A stretch of 40,896 bases of DNA from Caldilineae bacterium (GCA_037446095.1 JBBIJG010000002.1:1-40896), one strand, 5' to 3'; counted from the stretch's first letter, positions 1 through 8,576 are shown. A program made the numbers and translations. The notes: generated by a model from the sequence alone, not told the origin.

Positions 1-44
1 GGCTTGCCTAAAAAATGACGTTGGGTACCATTGAGGAGGAACCG

Positions 45-1688
45 ATGAAGATACCCAAAACTTTAGCCATCCTGACGCCGGTTACCGTTCTGGTCGGGGG
101 TGGGCTGTTGGGATACCGCCTCCTGCGGGGTGGGGAACAGGCCACGACCTACAGTCAAAAGGTGGTTGTGGAGCGGGGCACCATCGTGGCCACTATTGCC
201 CCCACAGGAGAAGTCTATGCCCCCCGCCAAGCGGAGCTGAGCTTCGACGTCACCAAGATTCCCCTCACGGAACTGAACGTCGCTCCGGGCCAACCGGTCA
301 AAGCGGGGGAGATACTGGCGCGCATTGACACCACATCCCTGGAGAGAGCAGTCACCGAAGCGGAGGCCCAACTGACCATCGCCCGGAGCGAGCTGGAGGA
401 AGCCCAAAAACCATACACCGAACTGGACCTGATCCAGGCTCAAGTAGCCGTGGACCAGGCCAAGGTGGACCTGGCGGAAGCCCAGAAGACGCTTCATGAT
501 CTCCTGAACCCTGACATCGCCGCGGCTGAGGCTGAGGTCAGGGACGCTGCAGCCGAACTGGAAAACGCCAGGAACAATTTGATCGCTGTCCAAAATAGCG
601 ATGTCGTTTCCAAAAATGTGCGGGAGCGCGAATTCGAAGCGATTTGGTTTGAGAATAACTATGCCAATTTTTTGAAGGCCTACGAGCGAGGGGAGGAGAC
701 CAAGACCCGTCTTGAGTGGGAGTGGAACGCCCTGGTGACGGCCAAAGCGAGGCTCGAGGCGGCCCGAGCTGAGGCAGCCAAGGCCCTGGGTGAGGCCGAG
801 AACAGGGTGGCCAAGGCCGAGGACGCCCTGCGGGAGGCCCAGGAAAACCTGGCCAGGCTCCAGGCCGGCCCCGACCCCCTCGAACTGAACAAAGCCAAGA
901 CACAGGTGGCGCAGGCCGAATACGCCCTTCGGAAAGCGCAAGCCGATCTGGCCAGGATCCAGGCCGGCCCTGATCCTAAGGACGTCGAGGTGGCCCGGGC
1001 CAAGGTCGTCGCCGCCCAGGCTGACCTCGAAGAAGCCAGAGCAGCCCTGACCGCGGCTACGATGGTCGCTCCCTTTGACGGCACCGTCATAGCGGTGGGA
1101 GCTCAAGTGGGGGATTTGGTCTCCTCGAACATCGTGGTGGTCACCCTGGCCGACCTCTCGCACCTTGAGGTCAAGGCTCTGGTGGATGAGACGGACATCA
1201 GCCAGGTGGAAATAGGGCAAGAGGCCGAAATCACTTTTGATGCCTTGCCCGGCAAAAAGTTCCGTGGCAAAGTTCTCTCGGTACCCCTGCAAGGGACGCT
1301 GAGTCAAAACATTGTGACCTACGAGGTGCCGGTCAGCCTTGAAGGAGCTGAGGGTGCTCCCCTCAAGCCAGGGATGACAGCCAACTTGAAGATCACCGTG
1401 GGCAAGAGGGAGAACGTGCTGCTGGTGCCGGCTATGGCCATCCAGTACGTGGAAGGTCTGCCCACTGTATTGGTGCAAGAAGGCCCCCATGCCTCACCCG
1501 TTGCGACCCATGTGGAGGTCGGTTTATCGGACGGTACCTATACGGAGGTCGTGCGGGGGGTGAACGAGGGTGACCTGGTGGTGATCACTCTCACACCGTC
1601 CGCCACGCCGAGTTTCCCCTCCGGCGGTGGACTATTTGTCGTTCCAGGCGCAGGCCCAGGGCAGAGAAGAGAATTCAGACAGCCGTGA
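45..1688 (+). CDS. HlyD/MacA-type periplasmic adaptor (membrane fusion) subunit of an ABC-type efflux system
   Basis: ORF 15..1688. GGAGGA lies 6 nt upstream of the ATG at 45, favouring that start. N-terminal membrane anchor (LAILTPVTVLVGGGLLGY), long Ala/Glu/Gln coiled-coil hairpin, and C-terminal barrel segments (VAPFDGTVIAVGAQVGDLV, VLLVPAMAI) typical of the HlyD family. A MacB-type permease follows 19 nt downstream. Confidence 0.85.
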   Translation: MKIPKTLAILTPVTVLVGGGLLGYRLLRGGEQATTYSQKVVVERGTIVATIAPTGEVYAPRQAELSFDVTKIPLTELNVAPGQPVKAGEILARIDTTSLERAVTEAEAQLTIARSELEEAQKPYTELDLIQAQVAVDQAKVDLAEAQKTLHDLLNPDIAAAEAEVRDAAAELENARNNLIAVQNSDVVSKNVREREFEAIWFENNYANFLKAYERGEETKTRLEWEWNALVTAKARLEAARAEAAKALGEAENRVAKAEDALREAQENLARLQAGPDPLELNKAKTQVAQAEYALRKAQADLARIQAGPDPKDVEVARAKVVAAQADLEEARAALTAATMVAPFDGTVIAVGAQVGDLVSSNIVVVTLADLSHLEVKALVDETDISQVEIGQEAEITFDALPGKKFRGKVLSVPLQGTLSQNIVTYEVPVSLEGAEGAPLKPGMTANLKITVGKRENVLLVPAMAIQYVEGLPTVLVQEGPHASPVATHVEVGLSDGTYTEVVRGVNEGDLVVITLTPSATPSFPSGGGLFVVPGAGPGQRREFRQP

Positions 1689-1706
1689 TCCAGGAGGGAT
1701 GAGAGG

Positions 1707-2942
1707 ATGAACATTATCCAGAGTGTTCGCCTGGCCTTGCAGGGACTGGCTGCCAACAAGTTGAGGTCAGGGCTGACCATGCTGGGCATCATCATCGGTG
1801 TGGCGGCGGTCATCGCCCTGGTAGCCGTAGGGCAGGGCGCCCAGGCGGCGGTGACCCGGCGTTTCCAGAGCCTGGGCTCCAATCTGCTGGTCATCTCACC
1901 GGGGGTTGCCTTCTTCGGCTGGGTATCCCAGGGGGCCGCCAGCGCCCAAAGCCTGACCAACGAGGACGTGCAAGCCATCGCCCGACTGGCTACCCTGGTG
2001 GAGGCCATCGCCCCGGAATACTCTGTCCGAGGGGCCCAGGTGGTCTACGGGAACAAGAACACCCAGACCAGCGTCCTGGGTGTCACCCCCGAGTATCTGA
2101 CCGTGCGCAACTGGCAGGTGGCCCGGGGGCGCTTCATTGACCGGCAGGATGTGGAGAACCTGGCCAAGGTCTGCGCCCTGGGAACCACCGTGGTCGAGGA
2201 CCTTTTCGGGAGTGGTTATCTCGACCCAGTGGGTCAGACCGTCAAGATCAACCGTCAGAACTACCAGGTGGTGGGAGTCATGGCCAGCAAGGGCCAGACG
2301 GGCTTTACGAACGAGGACGACCAGGTCTTTATCCCCTTGAGCACCGCCCAGGTCAAGTTTGGGGGGGCAGGCAACACCTCCCTTGAGGCTATCAACGTGC
2401 AGGTGACCTCGGCAGAGATGATGGACTTTGCCCAGGCAGAACTGAGGGCCATCCTGCGGGCCCGCCACGGTCTGTCTCCCGGCCAGGCTGACGATTTTAC
2501 CATCCGCAGTCAGATCCAGATCATGGAGATGGCGCAGCAGACGACGGGCACTTTCACCATCCTCCTGGGCTGTATTGCCGCCATCTCCCTGGTGGTGGGC
2601 GGCATCGGCATCATGAACATCATGCTGGTCTCAGTCACCGAGCGCACGCGCGAGATCGGCATCCGCCGGGCGGTGGGGGCCAAGCGGCGTGATATCCTCA
2701 CGCAGTTTCTGGTCGAGGCGGTGGTCCTGAGCAGTATGGGAGGTGTGGTGGGCGTCCTGGTCGGCTGGGGCGGGGCGCAACTCCTGTCCCGTTTGGCCAG
2801 CGAGCTTCTCAGCACCCTGGTCACCCCGGGTTCGGTGATCATGGCCCTGGGCGTCTCGGTGGCTATCGGCCTCTTCTTCGGCATCTACCCCGCCAATCGA
2901 GCGGCCAGGCTGAACCCCATTGAGGCCCTCCGCCATGAGTAG
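1707..2942 (+). CDS. MacB/FtsX-type ABC transporter permease (no ATPase gene inside the window)
   Basis: N-terminal TM helix (LTMLGIIIGVAAVIALVAVG), large extracytoplasmic domain, C-terminal FtsX-type bundle with VTERTREIGIRRAVGA and the tail YPANRAARLNPIEALRHE characteristic of MacB/LolCE-like permeases. Confidence 0.85.
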   Translation: MNIIQSVRLALQGLAANKLRSGLTMLGIIIGVAAVIALVAVGQGAQAAVTRRFQSLGSNLLVISPGVAFFGWVSQGAASAQSLTNEDVQAIARLATLVEAIAPEYSVRGAQVVYGNKNTQTSVLGVTPEYLTVRNWQVARGRFIDRQDVENLAKVCALGTTVVEDLFGSGYLDPVGQTVKINRQNYQVVGVMASKGQTGFTNEDDQVFIPLSTAQVKFGGAGNTSLEAINVQVTSAEMMDFAQAELRAILRARHGLSPGQADDFTIRSQIQIMEMAQQTTGTFTILLGCIAAISLVVGGIGIMNIMLVSVTERTREIGIRRAVGAKRRDILTQFLVEAVVLSSMGGVVGVLVGWGGAQLLSRLASELLSTLVTPGSVIMALGVSVAIGLFFGIYPANRAARLNPIEALRHE

Positions 2943-2996
2943 GCGGACGGACTCAACAGGAACGGAGTATGGAAATTGACCGCTGGGCCGAAAGCA

Positions 2997-3030
2997 GAGC
3001 CGCCCTGGGTTCAGGGCGGCTCCTTTGATG
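2997..3030 (+). terminator. Intrinsic terminator-like hairpin after the permease gene
   Basis: Perfect 11-bp stem GAGCCGCCCTG / CAGGGCGGCTC with loop GGTT (2997-3022), followed by CTTTGATG (weak T tract), 55 nt after the stop codon. Confidence 0.55.
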
Positions 3031-3118
3031 TGAAGCGACGTTACCTTAGGTGGCGGTGCCTGGTACTACTATAGCAGGTTCTCCTGGCCCAGGAGCGCCC
3101 CCTGCGGCAGAGGCGATC

Positions 3119-3274
3119 AGGACGACCCGTGTACGCCGGGGTGACCTGGTCATCCCGGCCAGCGGCACCGGCACATTGATTCCGTCCGCCGAGGTAGACC
3201 TCAGCTTCTCCACCGGCGGTGTTCTGGTCGAGGTAGCGGTGGAGGTGGGCGACCGGGTGGAGGCCGACGTCGTC
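3119..3274 (+). pseudogene. Remnant of the N-terminal part of a second HlyD-type adaptor
   Basis: Frame of ORF 3050..3385 reads RTTRVRRGDLVIPASGTGTLIPSAEVDLSFSTGGVLVEVAVEVGDRVEAD. This is the canonical start of HlyD/RND adaptor proteins (compare residues ~50-100 of the gene at 45..1688). The similarity stops after ~55 aa, where the ORF runs antisense into the next gene. Confidence 0.35.
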
Positions 3275-3279
3275 AACTA

Positions 3280-3633
3280 TCAGGCAACCTCTATCCGCTC
3301 CAGGGCGAAAGTGATATCGGCCGGAATCAGCAGGCCCGTCTGGCCACAGTTTGGGCAAACTGCGGCGGGGTTATCGCTCTCGTAGCGGAGGCCACAACAG
3401 TTCCAACAGATAAAACGGCTGGGCGCCGGGTGGGTGATCACCTGAGCGTGTTCGGCCGGCGTATTCACGCTCAATTCCCGCACTGTTTTTCGCAAAGCTT
3501 CCTCTGTTTCTTGGGATGGATCGTACATCACCAGGTGCAATTCGGTGATGCGGCTGGCACGGCGCGACCGCGCCTCGGCCAGGGCTTGATTCAACATCGC
3601 CCGCACCACTTCTGTATCAGGTTCCACGCTCAA
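3280..3633 (-). CDS. HypA/HybF-like zinc-ribbon protein (putative Ni metallochaperone, divergent N-terminus)
   Basis: Length (105-117 aa) and layout match HypA: an N-terminal alpha/beta part (RITELHLVMYDPSQETEEALR) and two Cys pairs 13 aa apart (CWNCC ... CPNC). The track start is TTG at 3633; the first ATG is at 3597. The canonical N-terminal MHE Ni-binding motif is absent. Confidence 0.5.
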   Translation of the reverse strand: MSVEPDTEVVRAMLNQALAEARSRRASRITELHLVMYDPSQETEEALRKTVRELSVNTPAEHAQVITHPAPSRFICWNCCGLRYESDNPAAVCPNCGQTGLLIPADITFALERIEVA

Positions 3634-3676
3634 ATTGGCTCACCTCGCTCCATTTCCTCAGAGCCTGTCGAACTCT

Positions 3677-3700
3677 GGCGGAGGTTTGCAAACCTTCGCC
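3677..3700. repeat. 24-nt near-perfect palindrome GGCGGAGGTTTGCAAACCTTCGCC
   Basis: Self-complementary except for one G.T position. Lies in the 94-nt spacer between the NACHT gene stop and the HypA-like gene. Its TTGCAA-centred core resembles the GGATTTGCAATCC hairpin family. No T tract follows on the minus strand, so it is not called a terminator. Confidence 0.5.
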
Positions 3701-3727
3701 AGGGCAACTTGCTTTTCAGACTGGCTC

Positions 3728-6700
3728 TTAGCGTACCTCATACCCCCCATTTTGCCTGGCAAAGACGCGGGCTCCAATTCTCTGGCTCACCTGGAAGAGG
3801 GCCTGGTACACATAGGAGCCGATTTCTGCATCATCTAGCAACGCGGTCAGGCCTTCTACTGTCACCCGATCGTCACCCAGAGCACTTAAAGCTTCCACGA
3901 TCTTCAGGCGCACAGAACGATCTAGCTCCCGATCGGACAGGAGGGCTAAGAGCTTAGGGACTTTGGACCTGTCACCTAGAGAACGCATGGCTTCAGCGGC
4001 TTCTCTGCCGACAGGTATGGGAGTCGGGAGTCGAGGTGTGACGGTCTTCTCACCTATCGCCTCGGCCACACTCACCCGCACCGAAGAGTCTACCTTCTCA
4101 TCGGTCAAGAGGTCCAGCAACTCAGGGACCGTAGCCTCATCTTCCATAGCCCCCAGAGCGCTCAAAGCGTCAACGATCTTCCAGCGTATGGAGGGGTCTA
4201 TCTTCTCATTGGCCAGAAGGCGCAAGAGGGGAGGGACCACCGATTTATCGCCCAGATGGCCCAAAGCGGCAGCAACGGTGGCCCGCACATCGGGGTCTAT
4301 TTTCTGCTTGGACAGGATGGCCAGGAGTCGGGGGGCGATGGAGGAGTCGCCCAGAGCACCCAGAGCCTCGGCCACGGCAATCCGCACATTGTAGTCCACC
4401 TTCTCGTTGGGCAAAAGGCGCAGAAGCTGGGAGGTAACAGATTCGTCCTTTCGGCTTCTCCGACTTTCAGGGCAGACACCCAGAGTACCCAGGACCTCGG
4501 CCACACGCACGCGTACCCGATAGTCTATCTCCTCATCAGGAAGGAGGCGGAGAAGGGGAGGGATGAGGGATTCATTCTTTCGACGCCACCTTGGCTCGGG
4601 GCAGGGCTCAGGGCAAGGCTCAGGACAGGTGCCGAAGGCACCCAGGGCCTCGGCCACTGCCATACGCACCCGGTAATCTATTTCCTCATCAGGCAACAGG
4701 GTCAGGAGCTGGGGGAGCACCGATTCATCGCCCAGGGAGCTTAAGGCGGCAGCGACATTGATCCGTACAGCCAGGTCTATCCTTGGATTGGGCAGGAGAG
4801 TCACGAGCCCGGTCACCGTGGATTCGTCGCCCAGAGAAGCCAGGGCTGCGATAATCCACCGATGCACGGTCCGGTATTCCTCCTCTGTCCTTCCCCGACG
4901 GGGGGGAGCCATCACAAGGGACTGAAAGTAAGCGGCGACGGAAGGATCGCCTATCTCGGTCAGCACGCCGATGGCCCACCGTCGAAGAGGCAGGTGATAG
5001 GCTCCTTCGACCAGTTCTTGAAGCTGCTCAATGATGTTTCTCCGGAGTTCCGCATGTTTGAGGCGCGGTTGCCTGGCCAGACAGCGCCCGGCCAGCAGAA
5101 GGTGGCGGCGAAAGACATCGTCTTTTTGGCTCAGGAGGCTTTCCAAAAGAGGCGTGGCATCTTCCAGAATCCCGGCCAGAAACAGGGTTGTCCCTTCCCA
5201 CCAGGGGTCCGGTATGCCCTCCAGGACCAATTCAAGCCGACCTTTTTTGCTGATGGCTACCGCAGCAAAGTACTCCTGCCAGGTCAGGTGGGCGAAGCTG
5301 TACCACCTGGCCTGTTCCCTGAGCAACCCGTATTGGGCCCCGATCCTTTCCAGGATAGTGGGAACCCAGTCCGCCGGCAGGCCCGCTACGGAGCAATAGC
5401 TGGCTATGATCCCACTCAAGTCATCTTCAGGGAAGCAGGAGAGCCGTCGCAGGTGGAAATGCAGGGCTACCTCTTCCAACAGACCCTGTTGATGCTCGGC
5501 TGTGAAGCGAGAAATCCGCCTGCGACCCCGATGAGTTTCCCATTTTTCGAGCAACAACTCCATACCACGCCGGTAGAGCCCGGCCCGCCCCTCCGGCAAT
5601 TCTCCGTCCTGTTCAAAGACGAAAGCTGTGAGGGAGAGAAGCAAAGGGTTGGTGACCCAAGCCCGGACCTGGGGGTTTTGCAGGATGGCCCTCTGCAGTT
5701 CCAGGGCCTGAGCGGGGCCCCGCGGGGAGCGGGACGAACTGTCCCGGCCGAACCAGCCTGCGATGAAATGTTGGACCTCGTCTTGCTCCAACTTCAATAC
5801 TTCCAGGGTATGGAAGCCGGCGCTCAAGAGCCCTTTCCAGCCGGCCTGTCGTGCAGTGACCACGACAGGCACTTTGGGATAGCGGGTCGTCAGGACATTG
5901 ATCTGGCCGACCACGTAGCGATAGGTGGCCTCAGCTTCCTTAGGGGAGCCGACGCAGGTCTCATCCAGACCATCCAGGAGAAGGAGGACAGAGCCTTCTT
6001 CCAGGCGTTCTTCCAGATAGGAGCGCAGCGCGGGGGAGCGGCGGAGGGCATCCATCTCTCTGACGACAAAATCCAGAAGATCGGTCCGAGGAGTTTCAGT
6101 GCCCGTCGCTGAGCCCGGAGACGAAGCCTGAGGCTCAGATTGAAGGACCTCGGCCCCCCGCTCTGAGGCTCCGTCCTGAGGGGGCGCGACGCCTCGATGG
6201 AGCTCGTCGAAGCCTGAGCCCGGCGAAATCTCAGCCGGGCGGCCCGGCTCGAAGGGCGTGGGTCGGGCGGTTCGGCCTGCCGACCCCGGCAAGGCGCCCA
6301 ACCAGGTGGCAGCCAGGCGGTTCAGGGAGAGGAGGATAGGGAAATCCGGCAGGCCTGGCAGCTTGCCCTGGAGAGCCTGAAAAGCCAGGTGTCGGAGTAA
6401 GGTGGTCTTGCCGGCACCGGGCTCACCCAGCAAGGCCAGGCGGTGGAATCGGGCCAGAGCCTCCTGGGGGTACATGAGCTCATCGCCGGCCAGGGGGTTA
6501 ACCTCATCTCTCTCATAGGGGCCGGACCTCTCCCGAACCTTGAGAGGGATGTAGGACGTAGCCAGGTCAAAGGGTGTGGCCACATCCATGACCTTCAACT
6601 GGCTAAGCTGGGCCATAAGCTTGTGGCGGTAAGCCAGAGCCAGGGCTTCAGGCTGGATCTCGGCCTCTTTCTCTGGCCGCCTGGCCAGCCGATTCCTTAA

Positions 6701-6943
6701 ATAGCGCCTGGCGAAATAGCCTGTCAGGGTCAGGAAGAGCAGGCCAATCGCCCCGGCGGCAGCAAGCTGGCGATAACCTATCGGCAGGATGCCGAGGCCA
6801 GGGATAAAGGCTGGCTCTGGCATCTCCAAGATGGGCGTCATCAGAACGAGCAAACCGGCCAAAAGGACCAGGGCCAGAAGCAGAGCAATAACTTTGGTGT
6901 AATAAGAGGAACGTCTGGGGGATTTCAAAACAGTCTCCTCCAT
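3728..6943 (-). CDS. Membrane-anchored NACHT-family STAND NTPase with C-terminal HEAT/PBS-lyase-like repeats
   Basis: Walker A is LLGEPGAGKTTLL and Walker B is VLLLLDGLDE. Two hydrophobic helices lie near the N-terminus (VIALLLALVLLAGLLVLM, AAGAIGLLFLTLTGYF). There are at least 8 C-terminal repeats of the type LLxLLxDExxDxxVRxxxAEALGxLGD. The first ATG is at 6943; the track start at 7039 is TTG. Confidence 0.8.
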   Translation of the reverse strand: MEETVLKSPRRSSYYTKVIALLLALVLLAGLLVLMTPILEMPEPAFIPGLGILPIGYRQLAAAGAIGLLFLTLTGYFARRYLRNRLARRPEKEAEIQPEALALAYRHKLMAQLSQLKVMDVATPFDLATSYIPLKVRERSGPYERDEVNPLAGDELMYPQEALARFHRLALLGEPGAGKTTLLRHLAFQALQGKLPGLPDFPILLSLNRLAATWLGALPGSAGRTARPTPFEPGRPAEISPGSGFDELHRGVAPPQDGASERGAEVLQSEPQASSPGSATGTETPRTDLLDFVVREMDALRRSPALRSYLEERLEEGSVLLLLDGLDETCVGSPKEAEATYRYVVGQINVLTTRYPKVPVVVTARQAGWKGLLSAGFHTLEVLKLEQDEVQHFIAGWFGRDSSSRSPRGPAQALELQRAILQNPQVRAWVTNPLLLSLTAFVFEQDGELPEGRAGLYRRGMELLLEKWETHRGRRRISRFTAEHQQGLLEEVALHFHLRRLSCFPEDDLSGIIASYCSVAGLPADWVPTILERIGAQYGLLREQARWYSFAHLTWQEYFAAVAISKKGRLELVLEGIPDPWWEGTTLFLAGILEDATPLLESLLSQKDDVFRRHLLLAGRCLARQPRLKHAELRRNIIEQLQELVEGAYHLPLRRWAIGVLTEIGDPSVAAYFQSLVMAPPRRGRTEEEYRTVHRWIIAALASLGDESTVTGLVTLLPNPRIDLAVRINVAAALSSLGDESVLPQLLTLLPDEEIDYRVRMAVAEALGAFGTCPEPCPEPCPEPRWRRKNESLIPPLLRLLPDEEIDYRVRVRVAEVLGTLGVCPESRRSRKDESVTSQLLRLLPNEKVDYNVRIAVAEALGALGDSSIAPRLLAILSKQKIDPDVRATVAAALGHLGDKSVVPPLLRLLANEKIDPSIRWKIVDALSALGAMEDEATVPELLDLLTDEKVDSSVRVSVAEAIGEKTVTPRLPTPIPVGREAAEAMRSLGDRSKVPKLLALLSDRELDRSVRLKIVEALSALGDDRVTVEGLTALLDDAEIGSYVYQALFQVSQRIGARVFARQNGGYEVR
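4593..4628. repeat. 3 x 12-nt tandem repeat encoding (CPEP)3 inside the NACHT-HEAT gene
   Basis: GGCTCGGGGCAG / GGCTCAGGGCAA / GGCTCAGGACAG on the plus strand. On the coding (minus) strand this reads CPEPCPEPCPEP between two HEAT repeats. Confidence 0.8.
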
Positions 6944-7098
6944 GTATTGGTACCGTAACCATTCGGGCTCTTTGCTATGAATTACACGAATTGCACAAAT
7001 TCTGTGCCCATTGTATCTCACTTTTATGAACGTTGTCAATAGGATTTATGTCCTGTCATTTCCTTTGCTCCAGGGGCCCCCACTGGAAAACCCCTCCA

Positions 7099-7131
7099 GG
7101 GTGGGGTGAGGGCAATGCCTTCGCCCCACCC
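7099..7131. repeat. 33-nt imperfect palindrome in a divergent intergenic region
   Basis: GGGTGGGGTGAGGGCA-A-TGCCTTCGCCCCACCC. The outer 8 bp are perfect and the inner arm has mismatches. Lies between the divergently oriented NACHT and M24 genes. Confidence 0.45.
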
Positions 7132-7167
7132 TGAACACCCCGGGCACGAGTTTCCGGACGGGCTCTT

Positions 7168-7215
7168 AGTATGTTAAGGGCGTTGCACCTCCAGGCTGGT
7201 CGCCGTCGTCTGACT
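7168..7215 (+). repeat. Degenerate partial copy of the three-hairpin intergenic repeat family
   Basis: AGTATGTTAAGGGCGTTGCACCTCCAGGCTGGTCGCC aligns with AGTATTAAGGGCGCTGCAGCGCCCCTGGGCTGCTCAGCC at 25094-25132, at roughly 70 percent identity by eye. Confidence 0.35.
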
Positions 7216-7288
7216 GGACAAGAAAGCCATGGGCTGTTATACTAATACATGTTTTGGCGGGGCAAAACGAATGGACCAAGGAGGGAAG

Positions 7289-8533
7289 ATGTCTTATGCA
7301 GACTGGGTGCACAAAGAATTGAAGAGGTTAAGCCAGTCCCTGGGCTTCCGGTATATCCCGAAGGAGGAGCTGATGAACCGTCTGGCCAGGCTCAGAAAAG
7401 CCCTGGAGAGAGCAGGCATGGAGGCTTTTCTGGTGGTTCAGAAAATGGACTGTTACTACCTGTCCGGGACTACCCAGGACGGTCTCCTCTTTGTGCCTCT
7501 GGAGGGGAAGCCGCTGCTCATGGTCAAACGGGAAGTGGAGCGGGCCAGGGTGGAATCGCCCCTGGAAGAGGTGGTAGGGTTCCAGTCAGCGCGTGAGCTC
7601 CCTTCCCTGATAGGCAACCATTGGGGCAGGCTTCCCCAGACCCTGGGACTCGAACTGGACGTCCTCCCCGTAAAGGATTACTTCAGGTACCAGGACCTCT
7701 TTCCAGGCGCCAGGCTCATGGACGCCTCCCCGCTCATCCGGGACCTCCGCAAGATCAAATCTCCCTTCGAGATCGAGCTTATGAGGGTGGCGGGGGACAT
7801 AGGCAGGAGAGTGTACCAGGAAGCCAGGGAGATCCTCAAAGCAGGGATGACCGAGATCGAGTTCGGGGGGCTCCTGGAAGCGGTGGCCAAAAGATACGGC
7901 CATGAGGGGCTTCTCAGGGTCCGCTCCCTCAACTACGAGGCGTACACCTGGCATGTGTTGAGCGGCCCCAGCGGGGGCATTGTGAGCCAGTCGGATTCAC
8001 CAATGGGCGGATTGGGGCTTTCGCCGGCCTTTCCCGTGGGAGCCAGCCGCAGGGTCATGAGAGCCCACGAACCCATTCTGGTAGATTTTGGGATCTGCTA
8101 CCACGGCTACCAGGTGGACCAGACCCGCGTGTTCTCTCTGGGAGAGATGGACAGGAAATTCACCGACGCCTACCGTGCCTGCCGGGAGATCCACGATGCT
8201 GTCCTGGCAGAGACCTGGCCGGGAGCGGATTGCGAAGCCATCTTCCAGATGACTCTGCGGCTGGCAGAGAGGCTGGGTTACCGTGAGAGTTACCTGGGCC
8301 CATCGGGGCTCCAGACCCGTTTCATCGCTCACGGCATTGGCCTGGAGCTCAACGAACTTCCCTTCCTGGCCCAGGGCCATTCCTATCCCCTGGAAGAAGG
8401 GATGACTTTCGCCGTGGAGCCCAAAATCGTCTTCCCCGGAGAGGGCTCGGTAGGGTTGGAGGACACGGTGTTGGTCACCCGCGACGGTTACGAGATCCTT
8501 ACCCCCCTGGAGCAGGACATCTTCCAGGTATGA
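7289..8533 (+). CDS. M24-family Xaa-Pro aminopeptidase/dipeptidase (creatinase-like N-domain + pita-bread domain)
   Basis: GGAGGG sits upstream of the ATG at 7289. Metal-ligand context is typical of M24B: VDFGICYHGYQVDQTR, HGIGLELNE, FAVEPK, GLEDTVLVT. Confidence 0.9.
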   Translation: MSYADWVHKELKRLSQSLGFRYIPKEELMNRLARLRKALERAGMEAFLVVQKMDCYYLSGTTQDGLLFVPLEGKPLLMVKREVERARVESPLEEVVGFQSARELPSLIGNHWGRLPQTLGLELDVLPVKDYFRYQDLFPGARLMDASPLIRDLRKIKSPFEIELMRVAGDIGRRVYQEAREILKAGMTEIEFGGLLEAVAKRYGHEGLLRVRSLNYEAYTWHVLSGPSGGIVSQSDSPMGGLGLSPAFPVGASRRVMRAHEPILVDFGICYHGYQVDQTRVFSLGEMDRKFTDAYRACREIHDAVLAETWPGADCEAIFQMTLRLAERLGYRESYLGPSGLQTRFIAHGIGLELNELPFLAQGHSYPLEEGMTFAVEPKIVFPGEGSVGLEDTVLVTRDGYEILTPLEQDIFQV

Positions 8534-8576
8534 GAAACCTGCGCCTAGGGTTAGGCGAAGGCATGGCTTTCTACCT

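Noticed and set aside
63-1490. 475-aa minus-strand ORF overlapping the HlyD-type gene. The same phenomenon occurs at 4862..6112, 12324..13103, 23130..23873, 25182..26420, 33420..34811, 34845..36047, 37394..38215, 38230..39018 and 40010..40816.
   Set aside because: These are long antisense ORFs typical of GC-rich DNA. Their translations are low-complexity (Arg/Gly/Pro/His-rich) with no recognisable motifs or RBS, whereas the opposite strand encodes proteins with clear family signatures.
3050-3385. 111-aa plus-strand ORF as an intact gene
   Set aside because: Only the first ~55 informative residues resemble an HlyD N-terminus. The rest is antisense to the HypA-like gene, so it is treated as a pseudogene remnant.
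8541-8558. Small hairpin CGCCTA-GGGT-TAGGCG between the convergent M24 and 637-aa genes as a bidirectional terminator
   Set aside because: It has only 6 bp, with no T or A tract on either side, which is too weak to call.
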